Shown here: positions 1 through 11,294 of the stretch, piece after piece | Layout of the letters: every line of letters begins with the position of its first letter | Position numbering within the stretch: the stretch's first letter is position 1 | NCBI GenBank assembly: GCA_051294905.1 | Contig: CM119373.1 | Span: forward strand, 870,001-934,000 | Direction of reading: 5' to 3' | From: Botryllus schlosseri | Taxonomy: Eukaryota | Length of the DNA stretch: 64,000 nucleotides | Made by a program: the position numbers and the translations under genes | Notes under the pieces: model-generated | What the model saw: the letters and a program-made list of their open reading frames with translations, nothing else | The model's database searches: none | What the model was told of the DNA's origin: nothing

Positions 1-1119
1 AGATCAGGCCTATGACACTCATTCATTTCGAGGCCAACCCCTTCTGCGTCGGGGCACATGAAGACGTAAAGTTTTGGCGAATAAACCGCTGATAGAATGA
101 GGTGCCAAAAACATGAGTGGCGACAAAACCTCGGTCGCAAAATGACCGATGCTGGATGGCCAAACCTTTCGAGATGGATTGGATATGCTCCATTGTCGGC
201 ACGGAATAGTCGCGTTCTAGCAATCTAAGTAGACAGTATAGTACGACTGTGATACGCAGAGGAATTTAATTAGCCCTAATTTGAATTTGCGTACGTCAGA
301 CATTTGTTGTAGAGATGTGTTGGTTAGAATTGCAATGTGCGCGTTCTGTATCTCATACATGCCCGTAACATCGAAGCATACAACTGTAATATCAAATATA
401 AATTCCTCTTCATGGGTGAGGCTCAGGTCGCGAGATGCCACAAATACTCAGATTTTGGTGGTAGTCTAAAAGCTGGTTTACCGTTATCAAACTGCTATGA
501 ATTCTCAAGTTAGATTGAGGTGAAGAGTAGAACACGCAGTACCATGAGTTATTTGCTCTTCTCATAAACTTGCGAGACAGAAGTTGGATCAACGTATCAT
601 CAGGTATCGAGCTCTAATGTGCCAACACTCCTTGATCGTTTTGCACCTTATGTTCCAAAGACATAAGGCAAAAGCCTCAACACAAACATGTGGTTTTTTT
701 AACCTTTCGAAAAACTGGAGCTTCGCGGGAACTTTGTGTCAGCTCTCAAAAACGATTTCTGCCAGCAAGCACTTTTGACTCGCGAAAAATACTCTGTATT
801 TTGAATAGGAGTGCAGAACAGATTTTAAGACCTGGCCATCCAAGCACTAGTAGAAGTTCTTGTACAAATTCCGAACAACATTGTTTGGTCGAGAAGGGTT
901 GTATTGAAATAATTGAAGTAAAACAAGCGAAAAAAGTTGCCTCTTAATGAGACATTTGATAGCTTAATCTACATAGTTATCCAATTTGTTGCACATCTGA
1001 ACAAAATGTTGAGTAGGCCTATCTTCATCTTTTTGTATAACAATTTTCGATTAGTTTGTGCGAATAAAATTTATTTCACGAAAAAAGTGCGAATGGAGCT
1101 CAAAAAGGTTGAAAAGCAC

Positions 1120-2027
1120 TGTACCAGAGTAAACCCAGATAACATCTTCTTGTGTAGTCAAGCATGTCATGGCTCAAAAGCTAGATCTTGTTACTATCTA
1201 CAATACGGACTTGGATTATAGATAACTAACCTATGGATAGATACTGCAGTTAAATCGCCCTGAAGTAGCTAAGTAGGGTAACCTGTGTATTGTAGGTAAT
1301 TGCTGCGCTCTACTTAACTTGACGTCAACTCTGTAGTAAGTTCTTGAACCAAGAGATTGCTCAATACAAGATTTATTCGTCGTCGATGTTTGTTGTAGGT
1401 AGCGTAAAATGAGTCTGATTTAATACGAGACAGACTCGACAGTTTTGCAGTCTCTCGAACGAGAGAGTGAATACGTGCAATATTACGTCATTATTATTTA
1501 CTATAGCATGCACATTGCACAGTTTGTAATACGTGATATATTAACAATAAGCTCCATGCTAATTATTGGTTGTGTTTCAACTTGAAACCGTAAGTTGCCA
1601 AGCAACTGCAATACGAAACACCTGTCGTCACGCTTTCTTGCCTAGAGGAAATCGCTGCTCAGCAATCTGAACGCAACATACTTTCTAATCCCTTAGCTCA
1701 CGACCCGAGCGCTCAAATTTAGCAAAGTTGATCTTATTTGAAAGCTACTGTGGATCTGATTCTAAAAATATACATTGAAATCTAATCAGGGCAATGGAAC
1801 CCTGTTGAAATACACCTCAAAGTCCGGAAATCGGCATTGTTCTAAACAATCGCAGCGACGCAATACAATGACCATAACAATGGCCCTTGCGTGGTTGCGA
1901 TTCTTCAAAAAAATGCCGATTTCCGGACTTTGAGGTGTATTTCAAGGGGATTCCATTGCCCTGATTAGACTTTATTGTATATTTTCGGAATCAGACAATC
2001 ATCGATTTCAGCTCGGCGTCGAAAGAG
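1120..2027 (+). mobile_element. End fragment of a piggyBac of the same family as 19199-22997, inverted and interrupted
   Basis: 1120-1219 is the reverse complement of ~19310-19408. 1995-2027 (acaatcatcgatttcagctcggcgtcgaaagag) is the reverse complement of the terminus starting at 19199. Confidence 0.7.
1754..1995. repeat. Imperfect ~240-bp palindrome, member of a recurrent hairpin family
   Basis: Arms tctaatcagggcaatggaaccctgttgaaatacacctcaaagtccggaaatcggcat and atgccgatttccggactttgaggtgtatttcaaggggattccattgccctgattaga. Related copies at ~5030-5200, 5381-5800 plus 8609-8715, and 45652-46208. Confidence 0.85.
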
Positions 2028-2419
2028 TTATTAACTGATCTCAATAAAGTCTATCGCCATTCGTCACACGACATACCACTCTCCCAGAAAATCGGTAAAT
2101 CCAATCATAATCCTTCCAGAAAAAATCCAATCAAAATTCGACAAAATTTCACAAATCCGTTTTTTTCAAATCTCAATCCATGCTCATCTCTGCTCTACAG
2201 CATTGTATGGAACAGATGCTCAAAACCCCTGTTTATTGGTATAGCCCTGTTTAGTGGTAAGAAATACCTTTACAGTAGTATTGATGTGGGCTGTGTTGTG
2301 GGATGGAACATGGTTTAGCAGACCGCTGGTCCTTTAAATCCAATGTCCCTAGTTGACGCCCGGTATCTGTTATGAAGGAAATATACTGTGCTTGTACTAG
2401 GATTTTAGCATATCATGAC

Positions 2420-3641
2420 TAGAGCCCGACCGATTATCGGCTCACCGATAATATCGAGTCGATATCACACTTGGAAAGAAATGTCGGTATCGGCCATTGG
2501 AGGTCAAAAAATATCGGATATTTTCGTGACGTCACAACATGGTCGTAGGGAGTCAGAGAAGACGCGAAGTCTTCACTGAATGTCAGTAAATTATAAAGAT
2601 AAATGGCCAAGCTGCAATGCACAATGCAATGCAATGCCCTATTGTGAAAAATATACTTTCACCGTTATGCCCCAGTGACTTTAGTGGGAATCCCCCAGCG
2701 GTGATCGAACACCAGAGACAGAGAGCAGACATCCAGTGAATGGAAAGTTCTATGCAGAAGATTTCAATCGATTCATTTGAGAAATGAAAACTTCATTCAA
2801 GCTGGACTGACCGTCGTTATGACAGAGAAAAGGGTCGCGTGTAAACATTTACTTGTACATAGTGCTGTTGGTGTCTGTGTAGGAAGCTCACAAGCCAAGG
2901 CTCGGTACGGTACCAACAAAGCGAAAAATAGCAGCAATGTATGGAGTCATCTGACTGAGGGGCCTCCATGATAAGGAATATGCGGGCATAGAGTGCAAGA
3001 AAATCAAGCAAAAAGGGAGTAGAGCCAACAATTCATACGAATGTTTTTGATTCCATAATGATCAACTGATTGTTGAAATGCTGGTCATAGTCGAAGGGAT
3101 GGGTGGAGCGGACGTGAACAATTTGAGTTGTTTTTCACATTCTCTTCAGCTTTTAATGATGTTCTGAAGGCTCCAGGTGCACTGCCAGAAGAATATCAAT
3201 ATTTGGTGGAACCAATGAAGAAAAGATCCCCTGCAGGCGTGGAACCAAAATAAACAAAGATTCCCAGTTCTTGCTCTGCTACCAACTTCGGTACCAAGTG
3301 AAAGACTGTTCACTGTGTTTATTACTGTATAGCCTACATCATTTAATAATACCACACAGGTTCACTACCTGGAGAAAACGCCGAGAAGTTCTGCTTCGTG
3401 AACTGTAATGCACAACTGCCAGACTGGTGCTACTGATATATTTTTATTGCCCCCCAGATCATTCATGTCATGTTGAGTATAGCAATGGCTGTAAACATGT
3501 TCAATTAAATACTCTTGAGGTGTTGATTATGCGCCTTGAGATAGATTCCATATCTTTTGAATATCGGCTGAATATATCGGAGTTATCGGTGAAGGTACTG
3601 GATATCGGTTTCGGCTCCAATCCAATATCGGTCGGGCTCTA
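2420..3641 (+). mobile_element. Internally deleted hAT (Ac-like) element
   Basis: TIR tagagcccgaccgat/atcggtcgggctcta; 8-bp TSD atcatgac at 2412-2419 and 3642-3649; gatatcgg subterminal repeats. Confidence 0.93.
2777..3420 (+). pseudogene. hAT transposase remnants (BED finger and C-terminal dimerisation domain)
   Basis: VACKHL...YGTNKAKNSSNVWSHL is BED-like. DPLQAWNQNKQRFPVLAL...PTSVPSERLF matches the hATC motif. The region carries stops and deletions. Confidence 0.8.
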
Positions 3642-4704
3642 ATCATGACAACTATTAGAACTCCACTAGTGTTGCGCAAGCTTCGTAAGCATTATTACGC
3701 CAAACATAGCTAGAGTACTGCCTTTTTCCTGTTACGAGAACATTACTAACCCGTTCTCATTGGCTAAAGCATTACAATCGCATTCGTTGTTACGCATTTT
3801 TGGGTATAAAAACCCACGTTTTCTCTGTTGCGGCCCTTGAGATCTGAGATTCACCTCAGCGCCTGACGTACTTTTCTTTGCAATACATCCGACCGAGAGG
3901 ACTCGTGTGAGTTAAGAAATCACCGCCTAAGACAGCAAGCTACCAGCAAGTCGTTCAGCTAGCTACCTACTGCTCCAGCACGGCACAGCCATCTGTTACA
4001 TGGTCGCCTTCGAGTTCGGTAGCTCACAACGCAGCCTCCTGTTACATGGTGCCATTGATTTCGGTAACGCAGCTTACTGTTACAATGGGAGCATCTGCAA
4101 TACATTGGCATGGTGATGTCACCACGCTCCCACAGCTATGTCAAGGAAAAAGACACTCGCCGCATCATGAATGCTAGACGAATCGACAAAACTGACGCAT
4201 TCTGTAAGCGGACGAGATTGGAAGAATCGGTAAGAAACGAACGACTTGAAAAGGAAGAAGGCAAAACATAGTTGCAGGACTAGAAGGCCCAGAAGAATGT
4301 ATAAAAAAAAATCAACTACTTCTGTGTGTTTTACATATTTTAAAAATATGCCCTTTTTCTCAAAACTTCGCTTTTTGATACCCTAGATCATTCTTGAGGT
4401 CTAAAAAATAGTCAGCCATTTCACACGAAAAGCACATTGTGTGCAAATTTCAGACAGATTGCTCTCCTAGTATTAAAGTTCTAGGTGTTTGACTGATTTT
4501 CCATTTCGAGGGGTAACTTCAGCTTAGCCCCATAAGTCGTTAGTTACTGAAGAAAATTGAAGAATAGCGGCCTGGTATAAAAAATGATCATAGTAGTCGA
4601 CAAGCACCATCAATTCCTCAACACAAACCATCAAATTACGGATTCAATGAAAAAGAAACAATGCTCGTCGTCTATAGGGGATGTTTCTCAGTTTGTTGGA
4701 CCGA

Positions 4705-4930
4705 TGTACAGAAGGGGTCAACAACGAAGTACTATTTTACATGAGTACTCGCGTTATTATGTGTTTAGGCTATTTCCACTTCTACTTGGCGCTTTGTAGG
4801 CATCTTTTTAGGCATTACTCTCTTCATTGACTTATTGCATCCCCTTTAGACTCGAGGTTTTCATAATACCTGGGCAAAATAGCCCTACCCACGGTAACTA
4901 AATAATTTTTTGGGGGGAAATTGCACTTAC
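4705..4930 (+). repeat. Partial copy of an AAGTA/TACTT-rich non-autonomous repeat family
   Basis: Clear similarity to 31155-31670 and 39607-39997 (tttaggctac..ccacttctactt; cacggtaactaaat). Confidence 0.75.
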
Positions 4931-6353
4931 TGTCGCGCTGTTATCGAAAAGTATGATCAGGCACCGCCACCTAGAATCTGCCCTCCGAGTCCGAATTATC
5001 GGCATGGTCCGAACAATCGGAGATACGCACGGGGACATTGTTATAGTCATTGTTTTGCGGTCATCCGATTTTTCTGAACGATGCAGATTTTAGATGTTGA
5101 GGGTGATTTTTCGTCAAAGTCCTGAGCGTGATCATGTCTCAATTTATATTTTTGGAATCAGTGCTACAGTAGCTTTCGATCAAGACCAGATTCAGTGAAT
5201 TCTGCGCCCTGGAAGATAACTTATGAAATGCCAGAAATACAACAGTCGCTACCGCAAAACAATCCTGAATCCAGCCTCAGCGAAGCAGAACCAAGCTGCA
5301 AAATCGGTTGTTGCCATTCCACGATTTCATTCGATAGTAAAAACACTAGGAGCGTGCACCACTGGTCAGAGTTGAGGTATATACATTACTAACCTACGGA
5401 TAGTTACGCAACTCCCATCGTTAGGCCCGGGCAAGCAGTGTCTCTTACTGCTGATCAATCTAAAATCAGCACAATTGGTAGTTCTATAGCTTGCGACCCG
5501 AGGCTTTAATAAAACTGGTTTTAATCGAGAGCTTCTGTCGCACCGATTCCGAAAATACAAATTAAAGTATTGTCAGGTAAATGGAACCCCGTCCCCGCCA
5601 AAACAGCCCTTAAAGTCTGAATGAAAATCGGCAATAGTTCCGAACAGTTGCTTGACGTAACTGGCCAACGGCCACTATTATGCTCATTGTGTTGCGGCGG
5701 TACCATTGTTGGAACAATACTGATTATCGGACTTGAAGACCAGTTTTATTAAATTTCAGCCTCCGGGTCGCAAGCTATAATACCACAATTGTGCTGCTTT
5801 TCAGAGATGCCACTGGGATATTTCGGAAAAACCCAGATGTGGAGGCGAAATAAACCTAGAAAAACCCAGATCCTATATTTCACACAAAAGTTACGAGATA
5901 GCTGTGAAAGTGGAGCCTGATAGCCGACGAATACACTCATACAGTCATTGAAGCCTTTAATATTGAATTTACAACCGTTCATAATACACATTTTGCTTGG
6001 TTAACACTGCGAATCGCACAAAAAAACATGTTGTTTTCCTCTCGACACATCGCAATGATACAATTGGGGCGCAGCGTGAATAGTTGATAATGTACCGGTA
6101 CTAATTATATCATCGCGCTGCGAAAGTTCAATGCAATGCCGTCCATTCCCTATTTCTAAGGATGATTTCATGTATTTTCAGCGATCTGAACAGATTGAAA
6201 GTAGCTTTCGATTGATTAATCCTACGACCATCACTTTTATTTGGAATAATCACAGACCAATGTATAGTGGAAATAAATGACTGCCAAATCATGAAATTCA
6301 GGGTTAGCGTAAGGGACTTAGGGTTAGAATGTGCTGATAACCAATGCCTCTGA

Positions 6354-6416
6354 TTAACTTGCTAGGGTGTCCAACTAACTTGCTAGGGTGTCCAACTAAC
6401 TTGCTAGGGTGTCCAA
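6354..6416 (+). repeat. 21-bp minisatellite, three units, continuing after 8004
   Basis: Unit ctaacttgctagggtgtccaa is repeated three times. Related units resume at 8005-8085, mixed with (CT)n. Confidence 0.9.
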
Positions 6417-8004
6417 TAGGGTTGTCCATAATTTGGAAAATCTTACAAATCCTCGGTTGTAATGTCTTATTCGATAGATTATTGATAAAAAACGAAACTG
6501 AGCCTGAAAGAAGCTCACAGAAAGGCCGTTAAGATTTCGTGCAAAGCGTTTGAAAGTAGCTGCCGAAGAATGGGCGTGCCACCGACCATAGAACGGCGAG
6601 AAGACTAGTAATCAAGAAACCACGGCTCTTGATTGGATAATCGGCTATGCTTCAATGACCACGTCAGCAGCAGCCTGCTGATTAGGTGAACAAGGAGTCT
6701 GCTACTGGCGGCGATTCTGAAAGCGCATTGTATGTAGGTTGACAGATAATGATTTAGGATTGATTAAGGGTATGTTGAGGTACGAAATACATGATGAACA
6801 AACAACAGGTGCTTCACAAAAACGTCTAAAGCATGACTGCTTTATTGTGAAAGAAACCGCCGTAGCCTATATGCCTTGTTTTCAACGAGGGCAAGCATAG
6901 GCGCTTATGCAAGTGGCGACGGATTCCTAGTTTCAGAAATAATATATCATTATTGAATACAAAGATAAAGCTTAACAATGACACTATAGTTTGTGTGATC
7001 TCATTGGGCTCGGGTTGTAGTGCATAGTTGAAGTTTTGAAAGCTCTAAGGGTCGGCTGAATCAGCGGGTTATGCTTGGCACTTGTCAAATGCTTGCATCA
7101 AACTGTATTCACTTGCAAGTGAATATGCTGGATATGATATGTCAAATTCCTTAATAATCGCGCAGAAAAGGGGTGTAAAGATAAACACAGACAATGCTGC
7201 ATAGTGCATAGTATCCAACATAGTTTGCATATCATATCAAGCAGGGCCTGTGCTTGCATAAAAACCTCGTTTCTGCGACATCATTAGGGACTTTGAAAAC
7301 ATTTACCAGTGAATTCAATTTGCTGAAAACATCTGATGAGTGCTAAGCCTAACAGTCTGATTCAGCCGATCGCTAGAGCATTCAAAACTTCAACTATGTA
7401 CTGCAACCTGAGCCCAATAAGATCACCTAACTTATAGTGTCATTGTTAAGCTTTATCTTTGTATTCAATAATGATATATTATTTCTGAAACTAGGAATCC
7501 GTCGCCACTTGCATAAGCGCCTATGTATTCCCTCGTTGAAAACAAGGCATATAGGCTTCAGCGGTTTCCTTCACAATGAAGCGGTCATGCTTTAGACGTT
7601 TTTGTGAAGCAGCTGTTGTTTGTACATCATGTATTTCGTACCTCCAGATACCTTGAATCAATCCTAAATCATTATCTGTCAACCTACATACAATGCGCTT
7701 TCAGAATCGTCGCCAGTAGCAGACTCCTTGTTCACCTAATCAGCAAGCTGCTGCTGACGTGGTCATTGAAGCATAGCCGATTATCCAATCAAGAGCCGTG
7801 GTTTCTTGATTACTAGTCTTCTCGCCGTTCTATGGTCGGTGGCACGCCCATTCTTCGGCAGCTACTTTCAAACGCTTTGCACGAAATCTTAACGGCCGTT
7901 CTTTGAGCTTCTTTCAGGCTCAGTGTCGTTTTTTATCAATAATCTATCGAATAAGACATTACAACCGAGGATTTGTAAGATTTTCCAAATTATGGACAAC
8001 CCTA
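6417..8004. mobile_element. 1.6-kb foldback (whole-length palindromic) non-autonomous element
   Basis: Termini tagggttgtccataatttgg/ccaaattatggacaacccta; ~600-bp near-identical inverted arms; 8-bp TSD gtgtccaa at 6409-6416 and 8005-8012. Confidence 0.95.
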
Positions 8005-8020
8005 GTGTCCAACTAACTAA

Positions 8021-8057
<37 letters not shown>

Positions 8058-8104
8058 TCTCTGCTAGGGTGTCCAACTAACTAACTCTCTCTCTCTCTCT
8101 CTCT
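8021..8104. repeat. (CT)n microsatellites
   Basis: Read directly from the sequence. Confidence 0.95.
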
Positions 8105-8716
8105 GAGTGTCCCTGTTGGAACTATAAATATACTCAGATAACAATAGGATTATATTAGTCGGATCATCACCTGGTCTGTTCATGTGCTTGTGTATACCAT
8201 ACATTTACATGATATTTATCGATACATGCCGAATTGTTCACCAAGTGCCGAGTTCGCTACTGGCTATCGTCCTATATGAAGATGACTTTCTGCGATCTGG
8301 AAGTTACCATTCAATGAAGCTCCATCGCATCCAGCCGAAGACTCTCATTTTAGTAGTGAAATACATTCTCAACACTTTGTCGTTACAATAACAGCAAAAT
8401 CCACCGACAATGGTGAACTGAAGTGCGTGCATTTTACGATATTGCGACCATACTAATCTAATATTTAATTTTCGAGCGTAAAACTGACCTGGCGAACTGA
8501 ATGTTGAAAAAAACCAGATTTTAAGGATAAAAACCCAGAAATCCAGATGATGCTCAAAAAACCCAGATCTGGGTGGAAAAACCCAGGAGTGGCATCTCTG
8601 CTGCTTTTAGATGGCTCTGCAATACGAGATACTGCTTGCCCGAGCGTAATACGAGATACTGTTTGCCCGAGCGTAACGAATTCAGTTGCGTATCTATCCG
8701 TATATTACTAACCTAT

Positions 8717-8886
8717 AGTTGAGTACCGTAATACTACTACGTTACCGAGGGATTACTGCTCAATTCTGACGATGATATTCGAAATGCTTTGTACGGGATT
8801 GACATCTAGCATTGGTAAATCTCTGATGACTTTCATAAAACGTTTACAACCTGAATTCAACGGTGCATTACGCGATATTTAGCAAT
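8717..8886. repeat. Diverged fragment of the ISL2EU-like long TIR
   Basis: agttgagtaccgtaatac..ctacgttaccga...gcgatatttagca matches 32140-32318. Confidence 0.8.
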
Positions 8887-8959
8887 AAACTCATCACGTG
8901 TTCGGCATATCGTGCTGGAGGTTTACATCATTTCAACGCCCTGTTGCATCGTCAGCGGA

Positions 8960-10520
8960 ATGAAAATATTACCAAAATCATTTCAAAAACCACCGCAAAT
9001 GAAATGTAAAAAGTAAAGGTAAAGTAAAAAGCGCGATATTGCATTTCGAGAGTCAGATAGCACTACTACATACGTGTGTGGCGCGTGTTGGTGATGTCGG
9101 CCATAGTCGAAAAGAATTCAATGAGATTGTCAAGACTCTGTGCATCTTCTTTCGCAAGAATTGTCATCTACTGGGATCCGTCCGCATTTTGCCACTGCGT
9201 CGAGTCACTATTGCTGTAATGGTATTAACCATGTGTAAGGGGAAAAGATTTCAATACCAATTGCCGCACCCACCATGTACAGTACAGTGCCACCTCTGAC
9301 GGTGCGGTTATTGGTGGAACTGCAGCTGACCTTTCTCAACGAGTTATGAAATCCACCATAAAGCTTGAGACGGACATGCTAATCAGACTGGTGTCTCAGG
9401 CCGACGGGCAGTATGTTATAGCTTCAGGCTTTAAACATGCCTTGTCCTCAGTTGCGCACTCCAACGGTTGCATGCCAGCGCATCTTAGAAATATTTTGTC
9501 GTTGTGTGGAATGTGCCTCACTGGATGGACTTGGTCTTTACTATTCTTAAAGATAATGGCGAGACTATGTTTATTTATATCCCGCTGCACCCAATTTGCG
9601 CTTATGTTCGGCATGGGAATGGGATACGTGGAGTGTAAAGGTCACGGAAAGAAGCTGCAATTACCATCGAACGTCATCCAGGCGTTTCAACACAAATACC
9701 CCGAGCTCATGAGACGCGTAACTTCGGCGATGATTGCGATGAAAGGAGATTCACGGTGAGGGGCCGCGATTTTCTAACTCCAGTAATGACCGTCATGGTC
9801 AATATGCAGTGAATCGAAACGAATATGTGGGTCATCAATCCAGAGGATTGGCTCAAATACCTCTGCCACATGACAGAAGCTCTTGTATACCTCTGCCGCA
9901 TGACAGAAGCTCTTGTAAAGACAATCAATGCTAGATTCGACAAGTGCATACCAGCCGCTGCGCACGAACTCGCCAATTTCTTTGACGCGCACAAAGCAAT
10001 CGAAAACGTGATTATCGAGTCTGCGCCCCTATCCTCATCGAGCTGTGTTCACTGGAAACACTAGAACGGACAGAGTTTTCTAACTTTTTCGAATATGTTT
10101 GCTCACTGGAACATGTAGCAGCATTGTATGATGAAGCCCGTTCTTTGTCATTGGATCCGGTTCTTGGCGATCGAATGATTCGCCCAAATGTTGAAATTGA
10201 AAACAAATATGAACCAAGATTCGGACACGAGGTGTATAGATGCCGTCTTAAAAGAACATGAATATTATAAATTGTTTTCCCAAGATGAGGAATTTTTTGA
10301 TGCTATTGGGAAAGAATTTTGCATTTCGCTGGACGTAGCTTTAAACATAGAAGGTTCCGAAGCTGATGTAGAGTAATTCCTCTCTAATGAAATGCCAGAA
10401 AGAATCCGGTGGCTTGACAAAACGAAAAGTTGGCACAGAGAACAATAGTAGATTATGTATTTTCAGTGCTAATACAGTGTCCTAATACTATTGACGAAAT
10501 CGCTAAACTTTATGGGAACG
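8960..10520 (+). pseudogene. Degenerate hAT-like (ZNF862-type) transposase remnant
   Basis: Broken + strand peptides such as INARFDKCIP...ANFFD and IGKEFCISLDVALNIEGSEADVE resemble a hAT C-terminal SEAxxE motif. Many frameshifts; no termini found. Confidence 0.45.
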
Positions 10521-11294
10521 GAGTTGAAGATGTATCCCCATACCGCATGCCGATCATCTTCGAGGACGAAAACAAGCACCCAAGGATCGAACTGTAGCGA
10601 CCCTGATACGGTACTGAAGACCTAACAGGGACATCGGCGCTGTAGACCAAACAGGGACATCGTTGTCTTTCGGTTCGGAACCCCTCTCGTCGGCGACCCG
10701 CCACCAGCATGCCATCAAGTACATCCGGAGTATTTACAAGTTACGAATTTAATTATAAGCCAAAACTCAACACAACCTAATACTCCAATGAGTACCTCAC
10801 AGATGATCATGTACAAGTACTACGCTACACTACAAGTAAAACTAAGCAGTACGCAAGTATTACAAAGCTTCTGGCTGTTCGACCGCGCACTCAAATAACA
10901 CGTGCAGCCAGAAACGCAAAGAACATTCTACCAACTTCCGCGAAATAAGCTCACACTAGCCAATCAACTGTGACTAAACAATGCAACCACTGAGCCATTG
11001 CATTACTGGCTGGTCAAAAAAAATGACTCGTTTGTTGTAGCACCGGGCGATATGTAACCTACCTTTAGAAATACAGAATTCGTTTCTCCGTGTGTATAAT
11101 CTGTTGTCTTTATTCGTTTATACTCGTTGTTTAGTCATGTTTCGTTCATTCTTTCTTTAGTAATGAAATATACACGTTTATTTTCGTGGTAACTGATAGT
11201 TTCGTGCTCTTCTCTGTCCTACAAAAACTAGATATAATATTATCAATTGTAGTTGCAGCTCAAGATCACGTGACACGTCACATCCTGGTAGGTA

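Larger units (their letters stand above)
5802..8600. mobile_element. Non-autonomous hAT (Tip100-like)
   Basis: 13-bp TIR cagagatgccact/agtggcatctctg; 8-bp TSD ctgctttt at 5794-5801 and 8601-8608; aaaacccaga subterminal repeats at both ends. Confidence 0.92.
5381..8715. repeat. Palindromic hairpin-family element split by a hAT insertion
   Basis: tatagcttgcgacccgaggc (5485) pairs with gcctccgggtcgcaagctata (5759). The outer left arm acggatagttacgcaact...cgggcaagcagt pairs with actgcttgcccg...agttgcgtatctatccgt, which resumes after 8608. Confidence 0.8.

Noticed and set aside
23..441. Possible Ulp1/SENP-like remnant (THVFGTSFYQRF) on the minus strand
   Set aside because: It is a single short motif at the window edge with no catalytic residues visible.
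1332..1546. Possible solo LTR (TGT...ACA ends, reverse AATAAA)
   Set aside because: The flanks aactc and ataag do not form a TSD, and there is no PBS or PPT.
6354..6416. CRISPR-like short repeats (also 35877-35995)
   Set aside because: The units are contiguous or have near-identical spacers, the context is eukaryotic, and there are no cas genes.
10530..11050. Possible LTR/PBS/gag start on the minus strand
   Set aside because: No convincing tRNA-complementary PBS, second LTR or gag motif.
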